From: Eledone cirrhosa
Taxonomy: Eukaryota
Length of the DNA stretch: 64,000 nt
Assembly (NCBI GenBank): GCA_964016885.1
Contig: OZ024750.1
Location: 43,586,001-43,650,000, forward strand
Direction of reading: 5' to 3'
Of this stretch, positions 1-14,450 are shown piece by piece (the first letter of the stretch is position 1; each line of letters opens with the position of its first letter). The notes beneath the pieces are model-generated. The model ran no database searches. It was not told the DNA's origin and saw nothing but the letters and a program-made list of their open reading frames with translations. The position numbers and the translations under genes are program-made.

Positions 1-26
1 TGTTTTTATTTCATTGTTTTTTAAAA

Positions 27-70
<44 letters not shown>

Positions 71-177
71 CAACTGTAATATTTCTCCCACTCATATAAA
101 TATCCTGTGTTGAGGTTTTTTCCAAACATATGTTGGTTGGCCTACATATTAAATGATATCTACATTTCCTGTGGATT

Positions 178-246
178 TTATCTGAAGAGAACATGTTTTG
201 ACTTATGTTATACATAAGCCTTACATCTTCGAAATACGTATAATAA
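178..246 (+). ncRNA. Minimal type-I hammerhead ribozyme motif in a (TA)n-flanked Penelope-type terminal-repeat fragment
   Basis: ttat-CTGAAGA(182-188)-long stem II (gaacatgt/acatcttc with inner cttatgt/acataag)-GAAA(231-234)-palindrome tacgta-TA-ataa; stem I ttat/ataa. Confidence 0.65.
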
Positions 247-300
247 TATAACTTGGGATGGACTAAAGTAACAGTCTTTGGTTTATTATTATAATAATAA

Positions 301-414
301 AATGGCGGTGGATTGGCAGTATCAGTAGAGGGACGGCAGCTATGCTTTCCAGCATAGTGTTCCGTCCCTTTACGGACTGAGTTCAAATCCCGCCGAGTAC
401 CAGTAATGTACTGA
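301..414 (+). mobile_element. tRNA-derived SINE (family 1), internally deleted
   Basis: ggattggcagtatcagtagag head and B-box gagttcaaatccc, then a jump to taccagtaatgtactg; matches the full copy at 54301. Confidence 0.8.
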
Positions 415-512
415 GATAAATGCTGCGCAAACTAAGCACACAACACACACAAAAACAAGATGGCTTAGGACAGAACAAAGGAGAGGCACAAAAACAAAGA
501 AAAGAATCCCCA

Positions 513-555
513 GTCACTGAAGAGGTCACAGAATGTGTGACGAAAGAACTTTGAC
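513..555 (+). ncRNA. Minimal hammerhead ribozyme-like motif
   Basis: gtca-CTGAAGA-g-gtcaca/tgtgac-GAAA-gaac-TT-tgac; stems I and II pair; the element ends in (TA)n at about 705. Confidence 0.6.
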
Positions 556-701
556 AATATATAAACAATCATCTGGTTGTGGAACCAACCAACCAACCGG
601 AAATTTATAAATTTATAAATTTATAAATTTATTATAATAAATTGAAGTGAAAGCAACTGGTGCGTGTGTTTCTTATTGTCAACATGACCCTCCCAAAGTA
701 T

Positions 702-744
<43 letters not shown>

Positions 745-1206
745 CTTGTCTTCGAACTTTTTGGAGTCGATAATTAAAATATCATTAAAGTACTCTGACC
801 GGTACTTGTTTCTTTTACTCCCTCCTTCCCTTTCCTACCAACGCAAACACAAACATACACTAACACATTCTCACCCACACATTTTATCTCTGTCTGTCAG
901 AATTCTCTATAGCCGACCAGATGTTGACCAGATGTTGAATACATCCATCCAGATGCTGACTTGTAAAATGCACCCGAAAGAAAGTAACTACCAACCAATC
1001 ACTTTATTTACGCTCCCACGAAAATTCCATGAGAAGCACTTAGAGCTGATCCAGGAAGTCACTAGAAGTCGTTCGTCTGTCTGATGATACAAGGGAGGAA
1101 GGAGAGAAGGAAGACAGGAAGGAAGAACACGATTTGAAGAAGACATGTCTGGTATTTCGAGTCTGTTGTGCTAGTTCCTCAAACTCCATCTTACCGTCTT
1201 TAGAAT

Positions 1207-1347
1207 CAGCGGTCGCCAACCAATGGTCCGCAGACCAATGGTGGTCCGCGAGAATACTCTGGTGGTTCCGAAGAAAAATTTTAATGTATGTATCTTTTAA
1301 AAAAAAATTCATATTATGATTTAAGATTATGAATTTGGCGACCGTTG
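1207..1347. mobile_element. Short MITE, hAT/Charlie-like
   Basis: TIRs cagcggtcgccaa / ttggcgaccgttg; degenerate ttaga-containing flanks. Confidence 0.55.
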
Positions 1348-1700
1348 CATTAGATAATGTTGGCTGTGGTACATTGTTTGTAAAATTATGGACGTGATGG
1401 TCAGGACTTGAATATAATTGATCATAGGTCGGCCTTATCAAGGCCGATTTGGGACTAAATAAGAAGAGAGGGAACCTCTCTATGTGGTCACTCACCCTGC
1501 AAGAAATCGTGACCCAATCTTTCTGAAATCACACGCATCCAAGTCTTTCAATCAAAACACCTCATTCTACATTCGTTGTGTCTGAAAAATTAGATGTTAT
1601 GGTCATAACTGGAATGCTTTTGATTATAAGCCTGCTTCATTAGAGTTATCCGGAGGTTAAACAACAGCAACAAGAGCAACAACAACAACAACAACAACAA
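1348..1700 (+). mobile_element. Old interspersed repeat 3' ends with (AAC)n tail; related pieces at about 31945-32110 and 53340-53410
   Basis: shared motif gatggtc..ctggaatg..ttgatcata among copies; ends in (caa)n. Confidence 0.4.
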
Positions 1701-2620
1701 TAACCGTAAAAACAGCAATATCTACTTCACCATAAATTATAACAGGTCGTTACGACTGCTTTAATTCACTGCATTAGTCTCCCACCCCAGTTTCAAATCA
1801 ATAGCTACGTTTTCCTCCCCCAGACCACCCCCACACCACCTCATTCACAAACCAGACAGACCGACAATTTTATTTATTTATTCATTTTGTTTTGTGTGTA
1901 AATACAATTCAAATGAAATAGGTTTAATCTAGCGTAGCAAATAGATTGGAATTAAATAAACATTGAGATGAAACTCTCCTATAAAATAAATTGATGTGTC
2001 TTAACAGCCATTGAAATAATGCTGCGGTTAAACCACTTTTTTTTTATTCCCATTCCTAACTCATTCGTCCACGTTATTTATTCCATTGATCTGCTTCTAT
2101 AACTGGCGGCTGTTAACATTACATGGTTCGCTGCTTCATTGTTTCCAATATGGCGGCAACGACCTCAGGGCAGACGATAATTTATTCTGTTTCTATTGTT
2201 TTGTATGTTTCTTTTATACCATCCTTCTTTTAGTTTGCTGCTCACAGTCTCTCCTTTCCCTCCCTATCTTCCATTCTCTCTTTCGCCCTCTCTACCTTCT
2301 CCCTTAATCTAGCTCATTCAAAGCCACCATCTTGAAGTTAAATACAGGAAGTTATAGTATTGTATCTTATAGAATAAAGTTTCACCGAGGAAGTCTATTT
2401 CAAGGAGACAATCTCCCGCTTGCTGAATTCTTGCATGAAGAAATATTTTTGTTATATCTACAAAATATTCATTCGTATCATTTTGTGGCAGGAATAAATA
2501 TTTTGTGTGTTGTTTCTAGGGCATTTTAAAACTTGGTGGAGTCTATCTCGTCTTCAGTAGATTTCTTCCATTTGAATGATAGAGAGTGGGGAAGTGGAAG
2601 TGGGAGAGAGATATAGAGGA

Positions 2621-2706
2621 AAAATCGAACTCAGTACTTGATTGGTACATGTTTCTATCGTCCTTGAATGGATGAAAGGTAAAGTTGACCTCGGCGAGAT
2701 TTGAAT
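2621..2706 (-). mobile_element. Diverged SINE family 1 fragment
   Basis: ggatgaaaggtaaagttgacctcggcgagatttgaa matches the reverse complement of the SINE core. Confidence 0.65.
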
Positions 2707-2749
2707 GGAGGGAGACGAGAGCCGAAACGAATACCGCAAGGTTCTCGAC

Positions 2750-4108
2750 GACGTTCTCGCGACTTACCAATACCACAAAGTATTCTATCCGACGTTCTCA
2801 CGACTCTACCAATACCACAGAGTATTCTATCCGACGTTCTCGCGACTCTACCAATACTACAAAGTATTCTATCCGACGTTCTCACGACTCTACCAATACT
2901 ACAAAGTATTCTATCCGACGTTCTCACGACTCTACCAATACCACAAAGTATTCTATCCGACGTTCTCACGACTCTACCAATACCACAAAGTATTCTATCC
3001 GACGTTCTCACGACTTACCAATACCACAAAGTATTCTATCCGACGTTCTCACGACTCTACCAATACCACAAAGTATTCTATCCGACGTTCTCACGACTCT
3101 ACCAATACTACAAAGTATTCTATCCGACGTTCTCGCGACTCTACCAATACCACAAAGTATTCTATCCGACGTTCTCACGACTCTACCAATACCACAAAGT
3201 ATTCTATCCGACGTTCTCGCGACTCTACCAATACTACAAAGTATTCTATCCGACGTTCTCACGACTCTACCAATACTACAAAGTATTCTATCCGACGTTC
3301 TCACGACTCTACCAATACCACAAAGTATTCTATCCGACGTTCTCATGACTCTACCAATACCACAAAGTATTCTATCCGACGTTCTCACGACTCTACCAAT
3401 ACCACAAAGTATTCTATCCGACGTTCTCACGACTCTACCAATACCACAAAGTATTCTATCCGACGTTCTCACGACTCTACCAATACTACAAAGTATTCTA
3501 TCCGACGTTCTCACGACTCTACCAATACCACAAAGTATTCTATCCGACGTTCTCGCGACTCTACCAATACTACAAAGTATTCTATCCGACGTTCTCACGA
3601 CTCTACCAATATCACAAAGTATTCTATCCGACGTTCTCACGACTCTACCAATACCACAAAATATTCTATCCGACGTTCTCACGACTCTACCAATACCACA
3701 AAGTATTCTATCCGACGTTCTCACGACTCTACCAATACTACAAAGTATTCTATCCGACGTTCTCACGACTCTACCAATACCACAAAGTATTCTATCCGAC
3801 GTTCTCACGACTCTACCAATACTACAAAGTATTCTATCCGACGTTCTCACGACTCTACCAATACTACAAAGTATTCTATCCGACGTTCTCACGACTCTAC
3901 CAATACTACAAAGTATTCTATCCGACGTTCTCACGACTCTACCAATACTACAAAGTATTCTATCCGACGTTCTCACGACTCTACCAATACTACAAAGTAT
4001 TCTATCCGAAGTTCTCACGACTCTACCAATACTACAAAGTATTCTATCCGACGTTCTCACGACTCTACCAATACCACAAAGTATTCTATCCGAAGTTCTC
4101 ACGACTCT
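2750..4108. repeat. 42-bp minisatellite, about 32 copies
   Basis: unit ctctaccaata(c/t)cacaaagtattctatccgacgttctcacga; explains the 14-aa periodic ORFs in several frames. Confidence 0.97.
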
Positions 4109-4524
4109 AACAACAGCTCAAAAGTGTACTTTAAAACGAAACATTTACACCAGTTAACAAAGCTATATTTAAAAGTGTTTATCATATTAGTTAGACAAAC
4201 GAATCACTTACCAGAAGACTTACTTACCAGTTATATTTACATTTTTACACGCTGTTGTTTGAATAAAAGTCGTACAGATCTGATGGTAGGAGAGAAACAT
4301 CGTTGTCGGCTGTTTTCTCTTGTTTTCGTTGACTAAAGTAATTATTCATAATAAGAAAATAGTGGAGCGTTAAGAGAAACTAGTGTTCAATAAATTATTC
4401 AAAAATTGTTTTCTTTCCTACTTAACTAATAGGTTCAGAATTACTGATTTAGCTTTTGGCTCTTCTATGAAGTGTATATATTAATACCATAGTATAGCTG
4501 ACTACACCGTTCTATCTATCTTTC

Positions 4525-4852
4525 ACCATATGTATATATATACATACATATATACATACATATATACATATATATATATTCATATAAACATACATATGTA
4601 CATACATACACACATAATCCATACATACACACATACATACATACATGTATACATACATATATACACACATACGTACATGCGTTGCGTTCATACAATCATT
4701 CAGATACGCATGCCTCACAAATATATATATATACGAGGGAATTATCAACAGTATGCTACACACACACATGCACACATATACACACACATACACATACGCA
4801 CGCACACGCATACACACCCCCACACACACATATATATATACATACATATGTA

Positions 4853-4896
<44 letters not shown>

Positions 4897-4930
4897 CATA
4901 AAAGAGAATTATCTTCAGTATTCTACACCC

Positions 4931-4970
<40 letters not shown>

Positions 4971-7900
4971 CTTACACGCATACACATACGCACACACACG
5001 CACACACAAACACACACACACACACGCACACATACACACACATATATATATATTTACGTATACACCTGTATATTTAGTATGAGTGTAACGGTAAGTGCCA
5101 TCTAACGGGGAGTAGTGTAAACACTAATAACGTTATGAATGGTTGTAGGGCTGTACACCTTTCCCAGTAATACGTATTTCCTCTGCAGCGTTACACTCCA
5201 AATATTTACCATCAACAAACTCTACAATATTTCTTCTATTAGCTATTTACATTTGTTGGAAATAATTCACTTTCATGTTGCCAGTTCCTTCCGTGTTAAC
5301 TTGATTTCCTCACTCTAACTGTATTTAGGCCTCCATAGATATATTTATTGGCTAATACCTTTGTCTTGCTAATACCTTTGGGGAGGCTAGGAACGCCGCT
5401 CCCTATCATATACACCAGCATACACACACTAACACATATATACATATATTGCACACATATATTCATACATACATACGTACGTACGTACGTACGTACGTAC
5501 AGACATACACAAATACACACATATACACACACATACACACATACACACACGTACATATATGCATATATTGCACACATATATTCATACATACATATATACA
5601 TACGTACATACATACACAAATACACACATATACACACACATACACACATACACACACCAACACAAACATTCACACATATACACATACATATACACATACA
5701 TATATACATACATACGTACAGACATACACAAATACACACATATACACACATATACACACATACACACACGTACACACATACATACAGACACACACATACA
5801 CCAACATATACATACACATACATACACACATACACACACTCATACAGAAACACTCATACACACATATACACCAACTCTTATACACACACATACACAAATA
5901 CATAGACACACACGTACACACGCACACATAGAGACACACACATGCGCACACACATACAGACACACACATACACGAACACTCATACACACACACATACACA
6001 CACATGCACGCATACATACAGACACACACGTACACACACTCATACACACACATAAACACATATGCACATACACGAACACATACGCATACATACACATACA
6101 CACATATCGAACACTCATACCCCTACACATATATACACACACATACATGAACAGTCATAAATACACGCACTCATATACACACACATACATACACACACAT
6201 ACACACACCCGCATGCAATAACAGTCATATATACACATGTTCATATACATACATACACACACGAACACTCATACACACATACACACACACATAAACGAAC
6301 AATCATATATACACACACATACACACATACACACATACACGAACATTAATACACACACACATACACGAACAGTCATATATACAAACACACATTCACGCAC
6401 GTACACACATATACAAACACTCATACACACACACACACATGCGCACGAAACTTACACGTGAACACGAACACAGATATACGAACACATACACACACACGCA
6501 CACACACATGAAAATACACACACGAACATACGCCCGCACACACACACACACATACACGAACATATATACATACACATTCACGTATACGAACACACGAACA
6601 TACGCTCTAACACATACTCGTGAACACACACCCGAACATGCACACACGAAACACACATACTTATACAAACACATAAACATACACACACATATGCGCGCAC
6701 GAACACACACACACACGCACACACAAACATAAACACACAAACACACCCCCGAACATGCACACACGAACACACATACTTACACAAACACATAAACATACAC
6801 ACACATACGCGCGCACGAACACACACACACACACGCACACACAAAGAAACACACACCTGAACATGCACACACGCACACACATACTTACACAAACACATAA
6901 ACATGCACACACATACGCACGCACGAACACACACACACGCACAAACAAACATAAACACACAAACACACACCCGAACATGCACACACGCACACACATACTT
7001 ACACAAACACGTAAACATACACACACATACGCGCGCACGAACACGCACACACAAATATAAACACACAAACACACACCCAAACATGCACGCACGCACACAC
7101 ACATACTTACACAAACACATAAACATACACACACATACGCGCGCACTAACACACACACACGCACACACAAACAGACACACAAACACACACCCGAAGATGC
7201 ACACACGCACACACACATACTTACACAAACACATAAACATACACACACATACGTGCGCACGAATACACACACACGCACACACAAACATAAACACACAAAC
7301 ACACACCCGAACATGCACACATGCACACACACATACTTACACAAACACATAAACATACACACACATACGCGCGCACGAACACACACACACGCACACACAA
7401 ACATAAACACACAAACACACACCCGAACATGCACACACGCACACACATACTTACACAAACACATAAACATACACACACATACGCGCGCACTAACACACAC
7501 ACACGCACACACAAACAGACACACAAACACACACCCGAAGATGCACACACGCACACACACATACTTACACAAACACATAAACATACACACACATACGTGC
7601 GCACGAATACACACACACGCACACACAAACATAAACACACAAACACACACCCGAACATGCACACATGCACACACACATACTTACACAAACACATAAACAT
7701 ACACACACATACGCGCGCACGAACACACACACACGCACACACAAACATAAACACACAAACACACACCCGAACATGCACACACACGAACACACACATACTT
7801 ACACAAACACGTAAACATACACACACATACGAGCGCACGAACACACACACACGCACATACAAACATAAACACACAAACACACACCCGAACATGCGCACAC

Positions 7901-8120
7901 GCACACACACACTTACACAAACACATAAACATACACCCACATATGCGCGCACGAACACACACACACGCAAACATAAACACACAAACACACACTCGAACAT
8001 GCACACACGAACACACACATACTTACACAAACACATAAACATACACACACATACGCGCGCACGAACACACACACAAACACAAAACAAACACACACAAGCA
8101 CACACACGTATACACAGACA
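4525..8120. repeat. Compound (CA/TA)n microsatellite region with higher-order ~76-80-bp units at 6600-8100
   Basis: recurring catacttacacaaacacataaacatacacacacatacgcgcgcacgaac units. Confidence 0.9.
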
Positions 8121-8183
8121 AAATAATTTTTTTTATGGCCAGTAAATTTAGAGCAACATAAAATAGATACAAACATTCGCTAT

Positions 8184-8214
8184 ACCGGATACGGAACCCG
8201 GTTCCGTATCCGGT
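8184..8214. repeat. Perfect 15-bp inverted repeat with 1-nt loop
   Basis: accggatacggaacc-c-ggttccgtatccggt. Confidence 0.9.
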
Positions 8215-8360
8215 TGAATTTAAACCGGAAACATAAAGTTGAACTGAGAGGGATTCCAGCTCAGATGGAATAGGCTGAGAATAAATAAGAAATTTAAATC
8301 TGACAATCTAACGACTTCACCAATTCACTACCCAACACGGTTTTCAATGTAATATATATA

Positions 8361-8546
8361 ATTGTTTCTACATTTTGACACAAGGCCAGCAATTACCCTA
8401 GTACATTACTGGTACTTTATTTTATCGACTCCGTAAGGATGAAAGGCAAAGTTAAGCTAGGCAGGATTTGAACTCAGAACGTAAGGGTTCATAACTCTAT
8501 GCTGCAAAGCATGGCGTCCGATCCTATACCGATACTGACAATCCAT
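8361..8546 (-). mobile_element. tRNA-derived SINE family 1
   Basis: full-length reverse-complement match to the 54301 copy. Confidence 0.9.
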
Positions 8547-8754
8547 CATGTTTATTAGGGAGCAGTTGCTAGGATCAATAGCAGCTCGTGAATTGTGGAG
8601 AAATTTTGTCAAGAATGTTGGACTGAGGTCGCAAAGGTGATGAGATGAGGTTGGGGGATTAAACCTCAGTTCTATTTCATTCGGGGATATTTCCTTCCTC
8701 GTTGATTTCGAAGCGACTGACGTAGATTTCAAATATCTCGTTTGTTTCTAGACT

Positions 8755-8972
8755 GGGTTGTGTGATGTGTTCTTCAGCAACACACTTCACTTCATGTCGT
8801 CCCAGTATACTAAGCTGAAAATGGGTAGCAGCAATAGCTGGGGAGTTTAACCCTGCAATGAACTGGTGTCATTTGCAGGGGGAGTATTGTATTCTCAGTC
8901 ACTTAACGCCGCGTTAATTGGGATAGGCACCAATCTGATCAACCTCCGGGCTCGAGACAGACTTTAGACTTA
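8755..8972 (+). mobile_element. SINE family 2 body (CORE-like central domain); second fragment at 17595-17735
   Basis: gtgttcttcagcaacacacttcac..aaatgggtag..aaccctgcaatgaactgg..cagggg..ctcagtc..actttag shared with 17595-17735. Confidence 0.55.
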
Positions 8973-8984
8973 GATGAGTGATTA

Positions 8985-9480
8985 TTCTTCTTCTCTTGTG
9001 ACGCTAAACTCCGCCAGTCGGAGACTGCGCATCAACATGTGATATCTCTCCCCAAAAAGTTCGATCACCAGCAGTAGAGTTCAAAGAGCAAAGATCAAGT
9101 CCAGTCCATAAGTTGACATTGTCAAGCCATCGTTTTGGCTGCCGGCCACCGCTTCTCTTACCAGCCAACCTTCTTTCCAGGAATATATAATACCTTTAGA
9201 TCACGAACAGCAGAGTTAAAGAACAAAGATCAAGTCCACTCCATATGTTGACATTATCAAGCCATAGTTTTGGCTGCCGGCCTCTGCTACCAGCCAACCT
9301 TCCTTCCAGGCATAACCTACTCACACCACGCGTTAATCTTTTTATATGATCGTATAGTTTGAGTACTCTTGACTTGACAATTGATGTAATTGGTCTAAGT
9401 TTGCTAATGTTGAGCTGTTCACTGATACAGCTACGGTCGCTGAGTCGCTTGCCAGTCATAAATGTCATGATGCAGTTCTG
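8985..9480 (-). mobile_element. RTE-clade LINE 3' remnant with duplicated 3' segment
   Basis: ORF 9196-9468 KLYDHIKR..LEGRLAGSRGRQPKLWLDNV resembles the RTE C-terminus; 9063-9181 duplicates 9199-9310; (GAA)n tail. Confidence 0.75.
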
Positions 9481-9859
9481 GAATGTAGAGAGCTTCTGAA
9501 GTGACCTTGTCGTCCAATTAACACAGTCAAGAGCAGCTCGCGGATACAGATACGGTCTCTGAGTGATTACACCTCAGTTCTATTTCAATCACGGACACAT
9601 ACTTCCTCAGTTACAGACCTTGTTCATTTCGAAACAACTGACGTGTATTTCAAATAATATATCGTTTGTTTGTTCGGTTCATACAATTTCCATATGGTTG
9701 TAGGCATTGACATGAGCTTAATAATATCAGGTTCAAACACACTATTTAGACAGGTTGAACACCACACCCTGAAACATCCCAGAACCTTGTGAAATATGAG
9801 AGATGATAAATGAATAGAACCGTTGCTGTGTTGATGTCATCCAGCGTGTCTTTAGCGGG

Positions 9860-10043
9860 ACCCACTCTTTCAAAAACACTCGGGTTATGTCATAAACCAA
9901 GTTCATTTTCAAGTATAATGAACTTTTTTTCAGTCCCCGGCTACAAGCTCGATGTGTTAGGTCGATCTCGTTATAAGGAATTTTTCATTACAACGAATTT
10001 TGTTTATATTTTGTGAATTTCGTTATAACATAATTTCAGTGTA
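9860..10043. mobile_element. Possible Tigger/pogo-like MITE remnant
   Basis: repeated tcgttataa motifs ending ttcgttataacataatttcagtg-TA. Confidence 0.35.
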
Positions 10044-10106
10044 TATATATTATTCTCAACTTTATGCAGATTCATACTTCATATTGCAGCTCTCATATAG
10101 CATGAT

Positions 10107-13100
10107 CAGTCCACCAGTCTACCAGTCCACGAGTCTACCAGTCTAAGAGTCCACCAGTCGACCAGTCTACCAGTCCACAGAGTCTACCAGTCTACCAGTC
10201 TACCAGTCTATCAATCTACCAGTCCACAAGTCCACCAGTCTACCAATCTAGCAATCTTCCAGTCTATCAGTCTGTCAGTCCACCAGTCTACCAGTCTACC
10301 AGTCCACCACTCCACCATTCTACCAGTCCACCAGTCTACCAATCCACCAGTCCACCAGTTCACCAGTCTACCTGTCCACGAGTCCAACAGTCTACAAGTC
10401 CACCAGTCTACCAGTCCACCAGTCCACCAGTCTACCTGTCCACGAGTCCATCAGTCTACAAGTCAACCAGTCCACCAGTCTACCATTCTACCAGTCTGTC
10501 AGTCTACCAGTCCACAAGTCCACCAATCCACCAGTCTACCAGTCCAACAGTCTACCAGTCTACCAGTCCACCAATCCACTAGTCTACCAGTCCATCAATC
10601 TACCAGTCCACCAGTCTACCAGTCCATCAGTCTACCAGTCCACCAATCCACCAGTCCACCAGTCTACGTGTCCACCAGACCAACAGTCTACCAGTCTACC
10701 AGTTCACTAGTCTACCAGTCTACCCGTCTACCAGTCTACCTGTCCACTAGTCTACCAGTTCCCCAGTTCAGCAGTCGACCAGTCTACCAGTCCACCAGTC
10801 CACCAGTCTACCTGTCCACGAGTCCACCAGTCTACAAGTCCACCAGTCTGCAGGTCCACCAGTCCACCAGTCTACCAATCCACCAGTCCACCAGTCTACC
10901 AGTCTATCAGTCCACCAATCCACCAGTCTACCAGTCTACAAGTCTACCAGTCTAGCTATCCACCAGTCTACCAGTCCACCAGTCCACCAGTCTACCAGTC
11001 AAACAGTCCACCAGTCCACCAGCCTACCAGTCTCGCAATCCACCAGTCTAACAGTCCACCAGTCACCCAGTGTACCAGTCACCAGTCTACCAGTCCACCA
11101 CTGCACCAGTCAACCAGTCCACCAGTCCACAAGTATACCACTCTGTTAGTCTACCAGGCCACCGGTCTACCAGCCCAGCAGTGTACCAGTCCAACAGTCT
11201 ACCAGTCTCCCAGTCAACTAGTCTACCAGTCTACCAGTCCACCCGTCTACCAGTCCACAATTCCACCAATCTACCAGTCCACCAGTCCACCCGTCTACCA
11301 GTCTACCAGTACACCAGTCTACCAGTCCACCAGTCCACCAGTCCACCATTCTACCAGTCCACCAGTCCACCAGTCAACCAGTCCACCAATCCACCAGTCC
11401 ACCTGTCCACCAGTCCACCAGTCCACCAGTCCACCAGTTTACCAGACTGTAAGTCTACCAGTCCACCAGCGCACCAGTCTAACAGTCCACCAGTCCACCA
11501 GTTTATCAGTCCACCAGTCCCCCAGTTACCAGTCCACAAGTCTACCAGTCCACCAGTCCACCAATCTATCAGTCTACCAGTCCACCAGTCTACCAGTCCA
11601 CCATTACACCACTCCACCACTCCACCAGTATGCCAATCTACCAGTCTACCAGTCCACGAGTCTACTAGTCTAACATACTACCAGTCTACCAATCCACCAG
11701 TCCACCAGTCCACCATTCTACCAGTCCACCAGTCCACCAGTCAACCAGTCCACCAATCCACGAGTCCACCTGTCCACCAGTCTACCAGTCCACCAGTCCA
11801 CCAGTTTACCAGACTGTAAGTCTACCAGTCCACCAGCGCACCAGTCTAACAGTCCACCAGTCCACCAGTTTATCAGTCCACCAGTCCACCAGTTACCAGT
11901 CCACCAGTCTACCAGTCCACCAGTCCACCAATCTATCAGTCTACCAGTCCACCAGTCTACCAGTCCACCATTACACCACTCCACCACTCCACCAGTATGC
12001 CAATCTACCAGTCTACCAGTCCACGAGTCTACTAGTCTAACAGACTACCAGTCTACCAATCCACCAGTCCACCAGTCTACCAGTCTACCAGACTACCAGT
12101 CCACCAGACTACCAGTCCACCAGTCTACCATTCCACCAGACCACGAGTCTACCAGACTACCAGTCCACCAGACTACCAGTCCACCAGTCTATCATTCCAC
12201 CAGACCACCAGTCTACGAGACTACCAGTCCACCAGTCTACCAGTCCACTAGTCCACCAGTCTACCAGTCCACCAGTCCCCCACCAGTCTACCAGTCTACC
12301 AGTCTCTCAGTCTACCAGTCCACCAGTCCACTAGTCCACCAGTCCACCATTCTACCAGTCCACCAGTCCACCAGTCAACCAGTCCACCAATCCACCAGTC
12401 CACCTGTCCACCAGTCCACCAGTCCACCAGTCCACCAGTTTACCAGACTGTAAGTCTACCAGTCCACCAGCGCACCAGTCTAACAGTCCACCAGTCCACC
12501 AGTTTATCAGTCCACCAGTCCACCAGTTACCAGTCCACCAGTCTACCAGTCCACCAGTCCACCAATCTATCAGTCTACCAGTCCACCAGTCTACCAGTCC
12601 ACCATTACACCACTCCACCACTCCACCAGTATGCCAATCTACCAGTCTACCAGTCCACGAGTCTACTAGTCTAACATACTACCAGTCTACCAATCCACCA
12701 GTCCACCAGTCTACCAGTCTACCACACTACCAGTCCACCAGACTACCAGTCCACCAGTCTACCATTCCACCAGACCACGAGTCTACCAGACTACCAGTCC
12801 ACCAGACTACCAGTCCACCAGTCTATCATTCCACCAGACCACCAGTCTACGAGACTACCAGTCCACCAGTCTACCAGTCCACTAGTCCACCAGTCTACCA
12901 GTCCACCAGTCCCCCACCAGTCTACCAGTCTACCAGTCTACCAGTCTCTCAGTCTACCAGTCCACCAGTCCATCATTCCACCAGTCCACCAGTCTACCAG
13001 CCCACCAGTCCACCAGTCCACCAGTATACTGTTCTACCAGTCCACCAGTCCACCAATCTATCAGTCTACCAGTCCACCAGTCTACTTGTCTACCAGTCTA

Positions 13101-13497
13101 CCAGTCCACCACTCCTTCAGTCCACCAGTATGCCAATCTACCAGTCTACCAGTCCACGAGTCTAAAGTCTAACAGACAACCAGTCTACCAGTCCACCAGT
13201 CTACCAGACTACCAGTCCACCAGTCTATCATTCCACCAGTCTACGAGACTACCAGTCTACCAGTCCACCAGTCTACGAGACTACCAGTCCACCAGTCTAC
13301 CAGTCCACCAGTCCACGAGTCTAAAGTCTAACAGACAACCAGTCTACCAGTCCACCAGTCTACCAGTCTACCAGTCCACCAGTCCACCATTCTACCAGAC
13401 TACCAGTCCACCAGTCCACCAGTCTACGAGACTATCAGTCCACCAGTCTACCAGTCCACCAGTCTAACAGTCCACCAGTCTACCAGTTTACCAGTCT
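10107..13497. repeat. 8-bp satellite ccagtc(t/c)a with higher-order block duplications
   Basis: (ccagtcta/ccagtcca)n; near-identical blocks at about 11350, 11718 and 12352. Confidence 0.95.
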
Positions 13498-13829
13498 TTA
13501 TCTATCTGTCTATTGATCAATCTATAATATTCCATTCCTATTGAAGTAAATATACATGTAATTGAGCATAACAAGATACAGCAAGAGTCTTTAGTAATAT
13601 TTACATCAGTTTAATGCTCCTTACGGCCGAAATGAGAGTGAAATGATATTTTCTCATAATAAGTTTGCATACATCTTAAAAGTCTTTACAAATAAACCAT
13701 GTATGAAAAGCAAAATGGGTGGAATATTCTTTGAAGGCAGCGAAATTTGATAATTATTTTGATATCAGAGACACAATCTTGTTTCAATTAGAGCTTTTGA
13801 TAGTTACATTTTGTTACAGACTATAATGG

Positions 13830-14177
13830 CACACACACACACACATATATATATATATACACACACACTCACAGACAGGTACACACACACATACATACAC
13901 ACACACACATATATACATACACACACACAGACATACCCACACACATATATATATATATATATACAGACAGACACACACACACACACACACATACGCATAC
14001 ACACCCATATATACATAATCATTTTATTGTTTTATTTCCTTTTATGTATATATATATATGTATATATATATACATACATATACATATATATATATATATA
14101 TCTGTGTGTGTACACATATATATATACATATATATATACATATGTCTGTGTGTGTACACATATATATATATACACAC

Positions 14178-14210
<33 letters not shown>

Positions 14211-14233
14211 CATATATATATACATATATATAT

Positions 14234-14310
<77 letters not shown>

Positions 14311-14329
14311 TACAAACAAATATATATAC

Positions 14330-14376
<47 letters not shown>

Positions 14377-14383
14377 TATATGT

Positions 14384-14426
<43 letters not shown>

Positions 14427-14450
14427 CGCAAATATATACATACATACCTA
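13830..14450. repeat. (TA)n/(CA)n microsatellite
   Basis: direct. Confidence 0.95.

Noticed and set aside
2100-2190. Regulatory element (YY1-like atggcgg)
   Set aside because: Short motif without promoter or gene context.
2685-4336. Overlapping 215-543-aa ORFs, superficially LRR-like
   Set aside because: Same 42-bp repeat open in several frames; artefact.
5081-5198. MITE with 10-bp TIR gagtgtaacg/cgttacactc
   Set aside because: Short IR, no clear TSD, single copy in the window.
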